A DNA stretch of 63,712 nucleotides, filler included, from Choristocarpus tenellus KU-1152 (taxonomy: Eukaryota > Protista > Phaeophyceae), in the NCBI GenBank assembly GCA_964200185.2. It is 11 parts of 11 records of this genome, joined end to end, with 100 filler letters (N's around TTAATTAATTAA, not from the genome) between each part and the next. Parts side by side here need not be neighbours in the genome. Positions count along the whole stretch, not along the records: positions 49,307 to 55,314 come from CAXNAD020009182.1; positions 55,415 to 59,378 come from CAXNAD020016901.1; positions 59,479 to 63,712 come from CAXNAD020015559.1; 8 more parts are not named here. One strand, written 5' to 3'. Below the pieces are notes generated by a model. It did not search any database, was not told the origin of the DNA, and saw nothing but the letters and a program-made list of their open reading frames with translations. A program made the position numbers and the translations under genes. Below are positions 50,880 through 63,712 of the stretch, piece by piece (position 1 is the stretch's first letter; each line of letters starts with the position of its first letter).

Positions 50880-51410
50880 AAAACCCAAATAAACAAGCTC
50901 TCCACCTTCTCAGCACACAGATCATGTTGCAATATCTCAGTCTCAGGGAGAGACTTTATTTTTTTTCTACCTAACAAACTTGTGCCACCAATATACCATG
51001 GTGCAGTCCGAAAAATATGGTGTATAAAAAGCAATTAGCAGAGCACACTGAAACACTTTCCCTGCCTCCACAGTTTTCAAGGTAGCTTCTCCATCCAATG
51101 CTTCAATGAGAAGGTTCAACTCACCCCCATCCTCCTGTTCGAATAGAATCCTCCAACTGTAATGGACAACCCTAGTGGTATACATGCAGATTCAGAATAC
51201 AAGAGTTATTAGTTGGTTAAACCATATTTGTTCTTGTATACAAATAGATAGATAGGAATTAATTACATTAAGCATGGTGTTTTGGAGTTGTATGGTCGCC
51301 CCCTCTGCTTGGTAGTAATCACTGTACAACATTTGGTAATATTCCTGTATTTATCTTTTCTATCCATACATGAGCCAGGGGATACTGTAACACAATATAT
51401 TGAAAAACCT

Positions 51411-51538
51411 ACGTTTCTACCTGTGCTTATCATGTTTTTTCTAGGAGAAGAGATACCAGTCGTGGTAAGGGCCGACGTTTCTACCTGTGCTTATCATGTC
51501 TTCTCTAGGAGAAGAGATACCAGTCGTGGTAAGGGCCG
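51411..51538. repeat. 64-bp tandem duplication at the start of a gag-like relic
   Basis: 51411-51474 is near-identical to 51475-51538. Confidence 0.9.
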
Positions 51539-52124
51539 AAGTGAGGCCACCCTCGCTGAAGATCATTATCAGCAACTCTCCTCTACTATGGAGGAACTAT
51601 CTAAGGGGATACAAGAACTGAAGATAGACCAGGACCGTCTATTAGAGATGAATTTTAATAGAGTCGGCGGAGGGGATCATCCCGCTGTCTAAGCCGCTGT
51701 GCCCAGTACACAGCTGCCGGCTGGCTTTGTACTGGTCGAAGTCGGATTGTTGAACCCGTTGTGGGTGAAGGTTTCCGAAATGGTGACAGTCCAGTCGGAC
51801 TCAGCGTTCAGATTAATATCAGCCAGAGATCAGGTTCTTTGGCAGTATCAGGGTTTGGAAATGATCTTACTCCCTACAGGGGAAGGCAGCGATCAAAGGC
51901 CCAACTGCCCAAGTTACTGGACAACTCCAACTATCGTGATTGGAGAAGGTGACTCATGATCCACTGTAAGCACACTGGCTGTTCATCTGCACTAACTGCC
52001 CCAAGATCGATCAATTAGGAGCACAGGAGGAACTACGTGCTGATGGGCTAAGTACAAACGAGATCTGGATGGCTGAGGAAGCATATTATTTGCTCACCAT
52101 TGCTCTTGTTGCCCCTGCCACAGA

Positions 52125-52785
52125 GGGTCTGTGGACGACATTATGGTTTTGGCATCTGGTGATGATTACAACGATCTCTGTGCCTCCCTGAATGAAGAGT
52201 TCCCTACCAAAAACTTTGGCTTGTTGTCTCAGTTATCTGGTTGCTCTTACACAAGAGATTGGAAGCGTGGTACCCTCTCCATCACCCCAGACTAACTACA
52301 TTGACAGTTTGTGTTAACGCTTTTCCACCCAATCAATAAGTCCCATCCCTGCTGGCCCTTCCAGAAATCTACGATTAGGGAGGGAGATACCCTGTCAGAG
52401 GATTGCCCTTTTCGTGAGGTAGTTGGGGCGTTGGTATGGGTCAGTAACATGACCAGGCTAGATGTGACTGATGCAGTGAGAGCTGTAGCCCGACACTCTC
52501 ATGCTCCAAGTCGTGTCCACTGGAGAGACGTGACCCAGATCCTCAAGTACCTCAAAGGAATGCGGGAGTTGCGCTTAACCTACGAGAAAGGAGCAGGACT
52601 GAAACTAGTGGCCTATGCTGATGCTGACTTCGCCAATGAGACGTTTAACAGACGTTCTGTATCAAGGGGGACAGTGATGTGGGGGGGGGAGCAGTAGCCT
52701 GGCTTTCTAAGACCCAGCATATCATTACACAGTTCACTGCACAGGCTGAGTACGTATCCATGGGGGACTGTGTGAAGGATTTGTT
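52125..52785 (+). mobile_element. Ty1/copia pol relic (RT C-terminus and RNase H N-terminus), internally deleted
   Basis: VDDI; PFREVVGALVWVSNMTRLDVTDAV; ILKYLKG; LVAYADADFA...RRSVS; WLSKTQ; AEYVSM; frameshifts. Confidence 0.93.
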
Positions 52786-53599
52786 GTCTTAGAAAGCCAG
52801 ACTACTGATCCCCCCCCCACAGATCTCAAACACCTCCTGTTTTTCCAGCATGTATATAGTAGGTTCCTGACTCAAGGGATCCGAACCCTTGGCTTCTTGG
52901 GAAGAGCCTTGCGCACATCCTGCTGATGATTCACACTCCGTCTCACTCTTTCCACGCCACCGCAAATGTACCTCCTGCAATCTGGACAGCGTCTTAGTTG
53001 TCAGGGCAGGAGAGGGTACGGGCACATTTCCAGATAATCTGGTATCTGATAGTGTAGCCACAGAACCCTCTTCAAGTTCTCATCTTCCCCACCACACAAA
53101 GTAAAATAGTTGAGCAAACGTCCTTCTCAGACTTTAGCGCAGCCAGAGCTCTGTCCTATAATCTAACCCCCCATTGGGGCCCAACAATGTGCTGCACTTC
53201 TCTGTGTGTGAATCTAGGAAGAGTGCCACATCTCACCGAGGCATTGCAAGTCGCCCTGAATGTGGGCAATGATGTATGTGGATGGCTTCAAAAGACTGAA
53301 AAGATCATCCACTCTATACTGGTGGGGCACCTCCCTGTTCATGTTCTTGGGATGTTCTCTCGAACTAGGTGTTGATCACTGCTCGGAGAACTAGTAGGTG
53401 AGAACCCGCAGGTCGATCCAATTATTGAGTAACGAGGAATATACATACAAAGATACAAATATATATCTTTTAGAGAGTACTATTAGTATAATATCAATAT
53501 ATTAATAGTACATACTTACACACACTCAAACCACTTTTCTGTTGGTTAGTGGGCTTGCTACTCACACCCTCAACCAACCATAATCTCACCCCTTTCATG

Positions 53600-54100
53600 G
53601 TCGTCTCAGAGTCGTACTCTCAACTTTTTCTGCTGTCCACCTTGTTTCCGTTTTCCAACCACAAGCTCCCCAAATGTTAACACCTTGGGAAGTCCTTCAT
53701 TCCCCTTGTGTGCAACTGACCCAGCAAATAGGAGTCCTCGTTTGCACACAATCGACCTGATACTGTTGCACCCGGTCTTCACGAGAGCATCTTTGTAGCA
53801 TAGGACATGGTCTGTGGGTTCATGTTGGCAAAACCAATACAACGCAAAAGGAATCGATGGTGACGAGAGCAAACCTTAACATAATGGACCTGGTGGAGTG
53901 TCCATGTCAAGCAACAACTCTTGAGAAATAAGAACTTCAAGCACCTCAGTCCTGATATTTCGAATCTTATGCCCATGTAGAATACTTGAGGTCCAGTCAT
54001 GTAGCACTCAGCTGTATTTGCAAAATCAACTCCGAGCTTTCTTAATATCCTCTGGCTGATCTCAGCAGTGATGGAAGCTTCTCCCACAGCAACTGGCCCA
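53600..54100 (-). mobile_element. RTE-clade non-LTR retrotransposon 3' fragment
   Basis: HHRFLLRCIGF...LLFAGSVAHKGNEGLPKVLTFGELVVGKRKQGGQ resembles the RTE C-terminal RLPKxxxxGEL...GG motif; frameshifted. Confidence 0.75.
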
Positions 54101-55615
54101 GATTCATTGCGGATTTGCTGAGAGGCACTCTCACTGGTTCTTTACACCTTGAACCCTTTCAGGTGTTATAGAGATCAGCTTGGTCCCCACAGTGGGTAAG
54201 ATTTCCCATTTTTCCTAGTGTAGGCGTTAAGAACCTCCTGACAATTGTATTTTGTCTCATGTAATTAATATGCCTCTAGAATCCTGTTGCCATGGTCCTG
54301 TCCTCCCTCACCTCTCTCCCCTGTGCAGGCGTTCGCGTCCACCAGAATAATGAGGTTGTGCTTGGGGGGGGTTCTGTTGCACCGCAGTGTGAACCTTCTC
54401 TCCCAGCAAGCATCTCTGGCAGTCTCGAAGACCTGTTCTCTTGGGTCACGTCCCGCAATAAAATTAACACCAGCGCAACGGCTCTCGTCTTTATCGTCGA
54501 GTCATTGAGGTACTCAACTTCATGGGGAAGCCTGTTGTAGGATTCATTACTAACTGTTGCACCTTGCTGTGTAGTTAGCAATGAGCAGTTTGTTGAGAAG
54601 CTTGGCACATGTAAGGCCCGTCGCCGAAAGCTAGTAGTTGAGTTACATGGTAAAACATACACTAAATTATTAATTACCCGCCAGCCATCCATCACCACTG
54701 ACGTGTGAATGAATGTTGGCTTATTATATTTTTATGCTCGTTCGTACTTTGTATCGTACCTAACTAATTATAAACGTACATATAACCTATATTATATACT
54801 TGTGTCAGCACAAATAACGTAAGGATAACACTAGGTTATTCGACACAGTTTCTTGGTACGATGTACCACACTGTGAGACTAACGGAGATACCCCACTAAC
54901 CGAGCAAAATAACTCAAAACATTCACATAGTAAAAAAAACAATAAATTGCTGCTGCTATGTTTTGTAGGGCACAATCTTCTAGTAACCATCTAATCCAAA
55001 GTTTGATATGTCCAGAAGTATATGATCCACAAAAAGTTGTAGTTGAAAGGACGAGGTTTTCTCTACGTAGAGAGTTCCCTAGCACAAAAGTGATATTATT
55101 ATAATCGCAGTACTTGACCTTGCCAATGATACAGTAAGATCCACTTGAGAGCTGCAAGACAGCCCTTGATACCCCTCCTTCAAACAGTCATTGCGCTGTA
55201 CTTCACATACCAGATGGCTCAAAGTATCTGTTGGGGGGGCGGGGGGGGGGGGGCTACACCAGGGGGATCTTTTGGGCCCTGACCAGGAAAAGTGGACTCG
55301 CATTATCCATTCGANNNNNNNNNNNNNNNNNNNNNNNNNNNNNNNNNNNNNNNNNNNNTTAATTAATTAANNNNNNNNNNNNNNNNNNNNNNNNNNNNNN
55401 NNNNNNNNNNNNNNATTTCTTGCATGGATAAAGTAAATTCCCCTCCCCCGGTCAGGGTCCCAAAGGACCCCCTTTTTTAGCCCCCCCCCCCCCCCCCCCC
55501 CCCCCCCAGATACTTTGAGCCAGTGCTAGATATTGAGTTTGCTCACATTACTGACAGTTTGAATTCATGACACAATGGTACTAAGGTTTTTCGATAGGGT
55601 GCTGTGACGGGAAGA

Positions 55616-55870
55616 GGGCCGAAATAAACGAGAGGTATCCAGGTCTTTGCCGTTTTGCTTTTAAGAAACTTTTTTTTCTCCATTTTGCCCTTATTTCTAT
55701 GGTTGAAGTGCTAAGATATAACTTGAGAGGGTTGATTTCTCCATTGTTAAAAAAATTTCAACAGAATTCAGAAAATCCTCTAACGCATTTGCACAAAAAG
55801 TCAAATTTTGTGGATAATTGTCAACACCCTTCAAAATGCAACCCTGGGTACCTCTCGTTTACTTTGGGTC
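55616..55870 (-). mobile_element. MITE family C
   Basis: GGGCCGAAATAAACGAGAGGTATCC...GGTACCTCTCGTTTACTTTGGGTC. Confidence 0.85.
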
Positions 55871-58099
55871 GGAGGCAATATCCAAATGATACGCTCTGAC
55901 ACATGGTCAGAAAAGCCAATCAATGCAAAAAACGAAGAATGGAAGGAAGAATGTGTGTAGAACAAGAGTCAGGAATATAATGTAATAATTAACTGGAAAG
56001 AGAAGTAGAGCAACAAAAAAGGTGTTTGGAGCAAAAATGTGCAAAACAGTAAACAAAAAAAAATGCAAAATCTCAACATGATAGAAAAAGAGATACTCAA
56101 GTCAAGTCCACCCATAAAAAATATGCTGTTATCAACTTCAGTATCAATGACCATGGTAAGTCGAAGGAATGACATACCTGTAGACAGTAGTTAAACAACG
56201 GAAATACATTGGATCAAGAACTGTACACCCAACAACATCAACACATAGATGAGGCCACCAGCTCAGTACCAAGGAAGGTATCCCTAGGGCAGACCCCATA
56301 CCTTCAATATGCCATGTCAGAAGTCCTGAAATGGAACACCATCCATGACTTCCCTACAATAGAACTACTTTCTTGTCTCGTGAGGCTCAAAGTATCTGGG
56401 GGGGGGGGGAGTCTACACCAGGTTGTCCATTCGGGCCCTGACTAGGAAAAGTGCACTTATATTACCCATCCGACGCATGCAACCAAATCACACACCTTCA
56501 ACGGAAAAGTATAACCCCCATGTAATTCAGTAGTTACGTATTATTTGGGTACAAAGAGGGTTGTTTTCTAGAGCTTGGATTGAGAGCATAGAATATAAAA
56601 AGTTAAATACTATGACAAGAGAAGTGAACTTGGCACAAACGAGGGAAAGTGCACACAATGTTTCAAATAGAAAAATATGTTCCCCTATAGGAGGTGAAAC
56701 ATGTCTATCTTACACAAACAAATTATCATTGTTATTGAAAATCTAGTAAACGGTGGCTTATGAGTCAGTACTGCCTGCTTACTGGTACGTTACTCGTTTT
56801 TAAAAGTTTCAACAAACGCTAATCTGGGGCCTCGCAAATTGTTATGCTCTGTTTTGGCTGAGGGCTGCCATCATTCCAATTAGAGAGTGCCTTTTCTCAG
56901 CGGGGTAGTTGCAAAAGTGCTGTTGCACATCCTGGGGGTGCGTTAACCTTTTGATAGATATATAACCATGACGGGGATCGAACCCACGAGATCAAAGCGT
57001 CAAACACGTTTGTTGGTATAGGTGGCACATACGGCAGAGATAAGGGAATTGGTGTTGAAGTCCGAGTTTGAAGCGACCTTGACTCCGAAGAACATCATAG
57101 ATGGGAGACAGGTCAATGATAGGTGGAAGTCGCTGATAGTTTCACTGAAACCTTCTAGTTCGGGTTTGGCCCAGTAGAGACGAAACAAATCGACACTGTA
57201 TCCCAGTCAATTTTGGGTCAAGCCCATCCTCAATTTTTGAAATCGGCTGTTGTTGAAGGCCAATTAACCTCCCTCATCCGTTTCTCTGTTATTCTCTCGT
57301 ATATATATATGTATATATTCCTCCAGAGTTCGCCAGGCCACAAGTCCGAGTGAGGTCAGGTAATAAAGGGTATGACACGTGCAGACTATGAAAGTAGAGT
57401 CAGATATCAACGTTATCTGTCCTACAGAAAAAAAAGTAGTCTCATGTTTAAATCAACACGAATGCGTGACATGGTGACTGGGTTTGTACGATGGGTACAG
57501 ACTACCGATTAGTGGAATAAGAGTAACTATGATCATACAGAGTGAAATGGTGATATACTCAGTATGATATATACAGTGCAGATCTATACAGAGTAGGTGT
57601 GAACACTCACATACTATCGAGATATCATTACAGAACAGAAAAGTTATTACGGGGTGGTGATACTAAATTGTAACTATGTATCACAAGGGTACCAACCTGT
57701 GTTTCAACACCCTTCCCCGAACAAATGAAGTGCGTCACTGGTGAAGGAGATTAGTACGTGCAGGGATACGGCAGAGAAGAATCAAAGACCACTAATAACA
57801 TTTTACGTGTATCTAATATTACGGACGACATAACCCTCACAATTGGCAACGATAGTGGCATATAGTTTCTCATTATATGTATCCTCCTCCAGTAGGCATA
57901 CATTTGTGCTAGCATGTCGTTGGCCTTGGTTCACCATAGTTTGAAGTGGACATTATGGGGCCCTTGAGTACAAGAAATAGATTAATTTCACCTGAAACAA
58001 AGCGTAATTTCCTCCAGAGCCATCAATTTTGTGGGGTAACTAAACCCATGTTGATGATTCCAGCTCGTTCCAGTGTCTGCTGAATCGCCCATGATGATA

Positions 58100-58815
58100 C
58101 TCGACCGGTAGAACAGTTAAAAACGATTTTAGATCCATCCCAGCAATGTTTGACTGACAGCACCCGACATTTACGTGGAACGCTTCAAAATGCTGTACCG
58201 CTCAAGTCACCATTGTTGTATTACGTATAATTGATGGGTGAAATGATCAAACAACAGTTCTGGGATCCATCCCAAGCAATGCGTAACTGACGTTTATGTT
58301 AAACATCTAAAAATGTTGCAACTCAAGTCACCGTTAGTATTTTATGGGTTTTGGACTGGTGAAACAGTCAAACAACGATCTTGGGTCTGGCCCAGGAATG
58401 TGTAACTGACGCTTATTCAGACTTTTTTTCAATGTTTTACTGCTGAAGTTTTCATTGCTATTTGCAGATATTGGGCAGATGAAAGTCGCACAACGTTTTT
58501 GGGCGCATCACAGCAATACGTAACTGCCACTTTCGAAAAAACACTTCAGAACGTTGGCACTGAATGGTGACTTGAATATCAATATTTCAAGTGTTGTGCA
58601 TAGATTTCGGTCGCACATTGACTGGGTGAATCCAAAACCGTTGTTCGATCGCCAGCCCAATACTCATAAGATGCCAAAGTCGACTTCAGCTGCAATATTT
58701 TGGAGTGTTGGGCGTACGTGTCAGGTACACACTGCTTGGATCGGTCCAAAACCGTTACTTGACTGTTTCACCAGCCCAATATCTATAAGATACCAATGTT
58801 GATTTGAGCTGCAAA
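58100..58815. repeat. Degenerate ~120-130-bp tandem repeat (4 units) followed by a ~110-bp repeat (2 units)
   Basis: GCAAT(G/A)nnTAACTGAC-like motif at about 58143, 58276, 58395, 58513; CCAAAACCGTT...CAGCCCAATA...AGCTGCAA occurs twice. Confidence 0.7.
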
Positions 58816-60089
58816 TGAATGATTGACCAACGGCAAACAGAGGATACGGGAGTGTTGTTGTTCATGATGCCTCGTTCGTCCAGTAGTTAGTTCAAGCAGG
58901 TTGTTCGTGTGTCGGTTGCACTCCCGGTAACATACTTAGTATGCTGTAGTTTGCCAGCATTACTAGTACAATGTTGGAAGGGCTGGGGTTGGGGTTAGAT
59001 CACGTTACGTACATACATATATTATTATGCCTTCTGACATTTTGTGGATGTCTCAGGGGAAAAGCCAATTCAATATCATAACCCCTGTAAAAGTAACAGT
59101 TAGTTGCCCGTTGTTATCGATATCTATATCTATTTCTATTTTTGTTTGTTAGATGTGCAGCGTAGTAGAGTCACAAGTAATTCGTCTCTTGTTTGAGAAG
59201 AACAAATTGATAAACTGTTTCTCACTTCGAGTTGTTGTTCTTACAATTTATTGCGGTAACGTTATTATACAATATACCTCTAAATGTCACATATTAACTT
59301 GGCTTCCCATGGATTATTTTTTTACATTTTCCGACTCCATAATGTTTCGGAGTAGGAAAAATGTGTACGTTATGAAAGNNNNNNNNNNNNNNNNNNNNNN
59401 NNNNNNNNNNNNNNNNNNNNNNTTAATTAATTAANNNNNNNNNNNNNNNNNNNNNNNNNNNNNNNNNNNNNNNNNNNNCCCCCCCCCCAGATACTTTGAC
59501 CCAAAGTTTCCTGGATGAGTTGACTATGTACACGGTATGGGGGAGAGGGACAGGGGGCTACAGCAGAAAGGAGCTGTCAAATCCTGTTTGCTATAGATAG
59601 TGTCTGTCACAACACAAGTGGCCTTATCAAGGCATGCCATGCGTTTTAAGCTGGAGACAGCAGGGAGATGGGCAAGGAAGGCCTCTCAGGTTCTTGAGAT
59701 GCTTTCCTAGCTCTTTGCCCTGGGATGTAGGGTTAAGCTAGGTTGGAGGCATAGGAGGGGAGTGGTGTAGCATGGTAGTCAAACATCTAAATAGATTATA
59801 GAAAAATATCATTCACATTTACAATAACTTTTTTTTATGGGTTGCGCTGATAGTGAATTGACTTTTCATCACTTTCCCCCCTGACACACGTGCAAAATGT
59901 TAGAGGGCATAATAATATACTATTGTACATTCCTCTATGATGTTGGCAGTCATCTCTAGGACAGAATTTGTTCTGCTCTAACTTTTGATCGGTGTGGAGT
60001 TTTTTCGTCGAAATAGAGCTTAATGTGACCCTTGAATCACTCCTAACATTATTCGATATGAAAGTTGGGTGTGGTGCGATGGGCGAGAG

Positions 60090-61030
60090 GGTCATTTTCC
60101 TCTCTAAAATCAAGTGATTTTCCTCACTAACATCAAGTTACTTGGACATCTGTCGGTCCGTCGTCCAGTATATGGCTTGGAGCGCTGTTTCTCCTCTCCC
60201 AGAGCGATTTTAGAAAAATAGTCGTGATCCTCCATGTCTCATCTGTCTATTTGCAACCCTTACCTCCACTGCAATGCCTAAGAGTTCATTAGCCAGCAGC
60301 CAGCCTGTCAGCCCTCGTCATCGAGCTTGGTAAAGATCGTCATCGAGCTTGGTCAAGAATACACGCTTTCCATCGTAGTCGCGACACCTCTTTGATTTCT
60401 TGTTCCGCAGTGATTGACTGGTCCACTCGATCAAGCACGACTCTCCCTCTGGACACACGGCAATCACCAGCGCCCAACCTCTTCCTTCGACTTCTGTGAA
60501 ACTTGAAGCCTGGAGGTAGAGACCGCACCACCATATCCAGTACGTCCTTCGACAGAGGGCTTCCGCAGCCATTGTGCCAAATTCTGCGTGGAAAATCTAC
60601 GTTTTAGTGAGGTGCGTGCGAAGGTCAACCTCCGAAAGCCTCGTATAGTGTATTGTCAACAGTCACCTTTATGTTAGTATCACAGTTCTTGATAAATTTC
60701 GAGGTGATGCCAGGCGTCTTGATTAGTGATCAGAATGTAAAATTAAAGCTGAGATTATAAGCAGTCGATTGGCGCACAGAAAAAATACATCTTGATATGA
60801 TTTTCAGCGATTATAACTTTTTTGGCATTTCAACAGAACCTTTCGGTTTTTACTAACTCAACACAAAGTAATTTGCGACCACATTTCTTTGCCCCAATCG
60901 TTGTTGCAATCGACAGCATTTGATCTCAGCTTCAATTTGATGTGCTGATCACCAATCAGGACGCCTTGCATCACCTAGAAATTTGTCAAGGCTTGTCTTA
61001 TCCTAGAGGCGACTCCCAACACCATACATA
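60090..61030 (-). repeat. ~0.9-kb interspersed repeat, copy 2
   Basis: Reverse complement of 35865-36810; shared translation DRVDQSITAEQEIKE. Confidence 0.85.
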
Positions 61031-61704
61031 ACATTTAGCATCAGGGAACAACAAAACCAATGGCGCGCTAACCCCACTAAAAGTAACATTTTGTTGCAAA
61101 TGTGAAAGGTATCTCTCCAAAATCTATTTTGTAAACGAATATCACGTATATTATAATACTCTATTAAATTATCATGTAATGTACCATTGGGACTATGTCT
61201 TTAACTTGCCTTAACCCTACGCAACTCCGCGAATATGACTGACCAATCCTTACCCATCTCCCCAACTAAGATATATTAATATATTCATCAAAGAATAATT
61301 TTTGATGTTCAACGACTATTTTCCGTTGAATATGAATTTGGAATAAATTGTCGGCGTGATTGATGGGAGAATGGAGATAGGAGAAGAAAACCGACATCCA
61401 TTTTTTTCGTGAATATTTTCCGCTGAATTCTCAAAGAACACGCACATCAATATAATCAAATGATACCTCCGAAATTTGTTTCTAGTATGATGAGTAGTTT
61501 GTAACATGACCATCTACTACCATGAAAACTAAGTTTTAGAGTGGGGGTTTGTGACTTACTGTATATACCGTTCACTGGATCGAGTAGTGTGAGTGATAGG
61601 TTTTTGGGTAGGTCAGGAGACTAGTTAGTCAAGTTGCTAAAGAAAGGCGATTGATTAACCAAATCACCATCTCAGATGCTCCACGGTGTCCCTGAAGCCC
61701 CACA

Positions 61705-63699
61705 ATGAAATTTTTCCAGGGACTGTCTGTCTTTGGATTGGCGGCAGGGGCCTCAATTGAAGTAACGTTTCCTGGCAAGTGAGTTCTGAGGAATGCGAGG
61801 AAGGGGACTAGGAAGGAAAATCAGGACGTTAATGCTTCTCAGTTGAAACGAGTATGTGGTGCTTCAGGGACTACATCCCACACTACTAGTGTTTTTTGCT
61901 CTCGATGTAGTTCCTTGACGAAGTTGTTGTGGTTCTTAGTATAACCAGAAACCACGCGCTTGCTCTCACCCAATGAACAATGTAACCCTCTCATTTCTCG
62001 TTCTCTGAATCATGCTTATCTCACCTATATTGTTTGTGCACCTGTGACTCTATCACCGCGATCCAGGATCCCTTTTCTCTGTACAATCTCCACCCTAACC
62101 CCGAATATACTCGATTTGCGTAAGTTCTTACGGCAGAGATTGATGTGTTTCTGACTCTAATCCCCAGACTCAACGCATACCACCCTGGTGAGCAGTTTCC
62201 GGTTGAGTGGTTTTATAACGGGACTTCAGAACTCTTCGACATACTCCTCTACAAGGCGGGTGAAGTTGTTGCTGATCTATGCGAGCCCGAATTTGATGGT
62301 GTGTGTTACGACTTGACCCAGGACCAGACAGTTCTTCTGCCTTCTGAAGGGTGAGTTGCAGTTACAGGATCAGTAGGGACTGAATGGTAGTCATGGCAAC
62401 CATGGTGATTGGCTACCCCAAGATTGATGGCTTGTACACTAACCCATGCTGTGATAGGGCGTGATATCTATTCCGAACAACCTTACCTACAATTACCAAT
62501 TTATGCCCCCACCCTAACAGAAAAATCTCCTTCCTTTCAGTCAACGTCACATTGGCCCTGTTCTTACATACTCAAAACCTACGACAACATGAAAAAGCAG
62601 ACTGAAGACAGGTGGCGATTACACGATCAAAGTATCGGAGAGAGAAGACCCAACCGTTGTAGGGGAGTCGGACGAGTTCGCTGTCATTTCTGATCAGACC
62701 AAGTACTTGGTCGTCACTACCCCTACCAGGTTTGGCACTAACTCTACGTGCAACTTAAGTCTTTTTGAGTTTGAACTTGTTCCTCAATGGCCCTCATTCC
62801 TGGTTGTGCACACAGCCTTGCTTCTATCTACCACACACAAAAAGTGGCGGCAGAGGCGTAAGGGCGACCCACATGATAGGCATAGGTTTGAAATTTGTTG
62901 CAGGGTTCTCACTGTCATTCAATTGAAAACCATCAGTCAAGATGTGCGAGGTACCACTGTACCACTGAGTCAGCGGTCTCGTGTGAGAGACCAATACCTC
63001 GGTGGCATGGTAGTATCAATATCCTCCCAGCGGTAATGGGTAGATGGAAGATGTTGCAATTCAGGCAATGACACACCCTCCTCATGGGAACCCTTTCAAA
63101 TGTGTTGAAGCAGCCCAGTTCGAAGACCCTGAGTGACCTCTTGAAGGAGTGGGGCAATTTTACGGAAGCGTCAATGGCGGTGTCTCCTCGCCTGTACTAG
63201 GAAAGAGGACCTCGTTGTCCTGAATCCACTGTGATGCGCCAGATCAAAAAACCAACGCCTTAACACTTTATTGAAATCTATAGTGTAGCAATGGGAAGAG
63301 TTCAATGTGTAGGGTTAGGGTTAGAAACTATTTGCTACCACCTCACATTTACGTGCCAATGGAACATTTTTCTTTGAAAAGGATCCAAAACCATGCACGC
63401 TATGAACAGAAAATGTCACTTCCTACAACGACTCCTCCCCCCCCCCCATAAATACCACCGCTCTGCCGTCGTGCGTACCTCATGTACATGGTCTTAAGTG
63501 GCGAGGAGCTGGAGGCAGGGGTCATAGTATCTGTAGACTGGCTGTACATTGGAGAGAACTCTTTGTTTGACATTTATGTGAGGGAGGACTTGGTGCGTGT
63601 GAGTGAGAATCTTTGTCCTGGAGTTGCAGCTGCTGATGTTTCAACAGACGGATCTTGCGTTTGGTCAGGGGATCCGGTTCAGGTGCAGCTGCCAGAAAC
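61705..63699 (+). CDS. Secreted or cell-surface protein with tandem Kre9/Knh1-N (Ser-Thr-rich GPI-anchored family)-like beta-sandwich domains. Exons 61705-61778, 62168-62350, 62601-62729, 63499-63699; continues past the window
   Basis: MKFFQGLSVFGLAAGASIEVTFPGK/LNAYHPGEQFPVEW...FDILLYK...LPSEG/LKTGGDYTIKVSE...GESDEFAV...LVVTTPTS/GEELEAGVIVSVDW...FDIYV. All introns are GT-AG, phase 2. Confidence 0.82.
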
Positions 63700-63712
63700 G
63701 TGAGTGAATAAG

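Noticed and set aside
56960-57030. tRNA or SINE from the minus-strand GGTTCGATCCC B-box
   Set aside because: No A box, D arm or acceptor stem could be built.
63309-63325. True telomere
   Set aside because: Only 2-3 TTAGGG units, and they lie inside an intron.

Overview
Eukaryotic nuclear DNA, intron-rich and repeat-rich. TTAGGG-type telomere motifs, A/C-rich splice acceptors and the gene/TE content suggest a stramenopile such as a brown alga (inference). The window is 11 short segments joined by ten identical 100-nt spacers (N44-TTAATTAATTAA-N44), so adjacency across spacers is probably not real. Genes rebuilt by hand from splice sites, all incomplete: (1) a signal-peptide acylphosphatase head-to-head with a 14-3-3 gene whose first intron is GC-AG; (2) the last exon of a PP1 phosphatase; (3) a >1,700-aa protein of tandem GAF-like repeats with Tudor/Agenet-like insertions, head-to-head with an FCP1-like CTD phosphatase; (4) a secreted protein with tandem Kre9/GPI-anchored-family-like domains and all phase-2 introns. 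Mobile DNA: Ty1/copia LTRs with PPT and GGTTATGAGCC PBS, a copia RT/RNaseH relic, a plant-type mariner relic, RTE- and CRE-like non-LTR fragments, three MITE families sharing a G-N4-AAAGTA terminal motif with 3- or 4-bp TSDs, a two-copy ~0.9-kb hairpin repeat, and several minisatellites including a 77-bp array with higher-order structure. No CRISPR, rRNA or confident tRNA. No database searches were possible, so family calls rest on recognised motifs.
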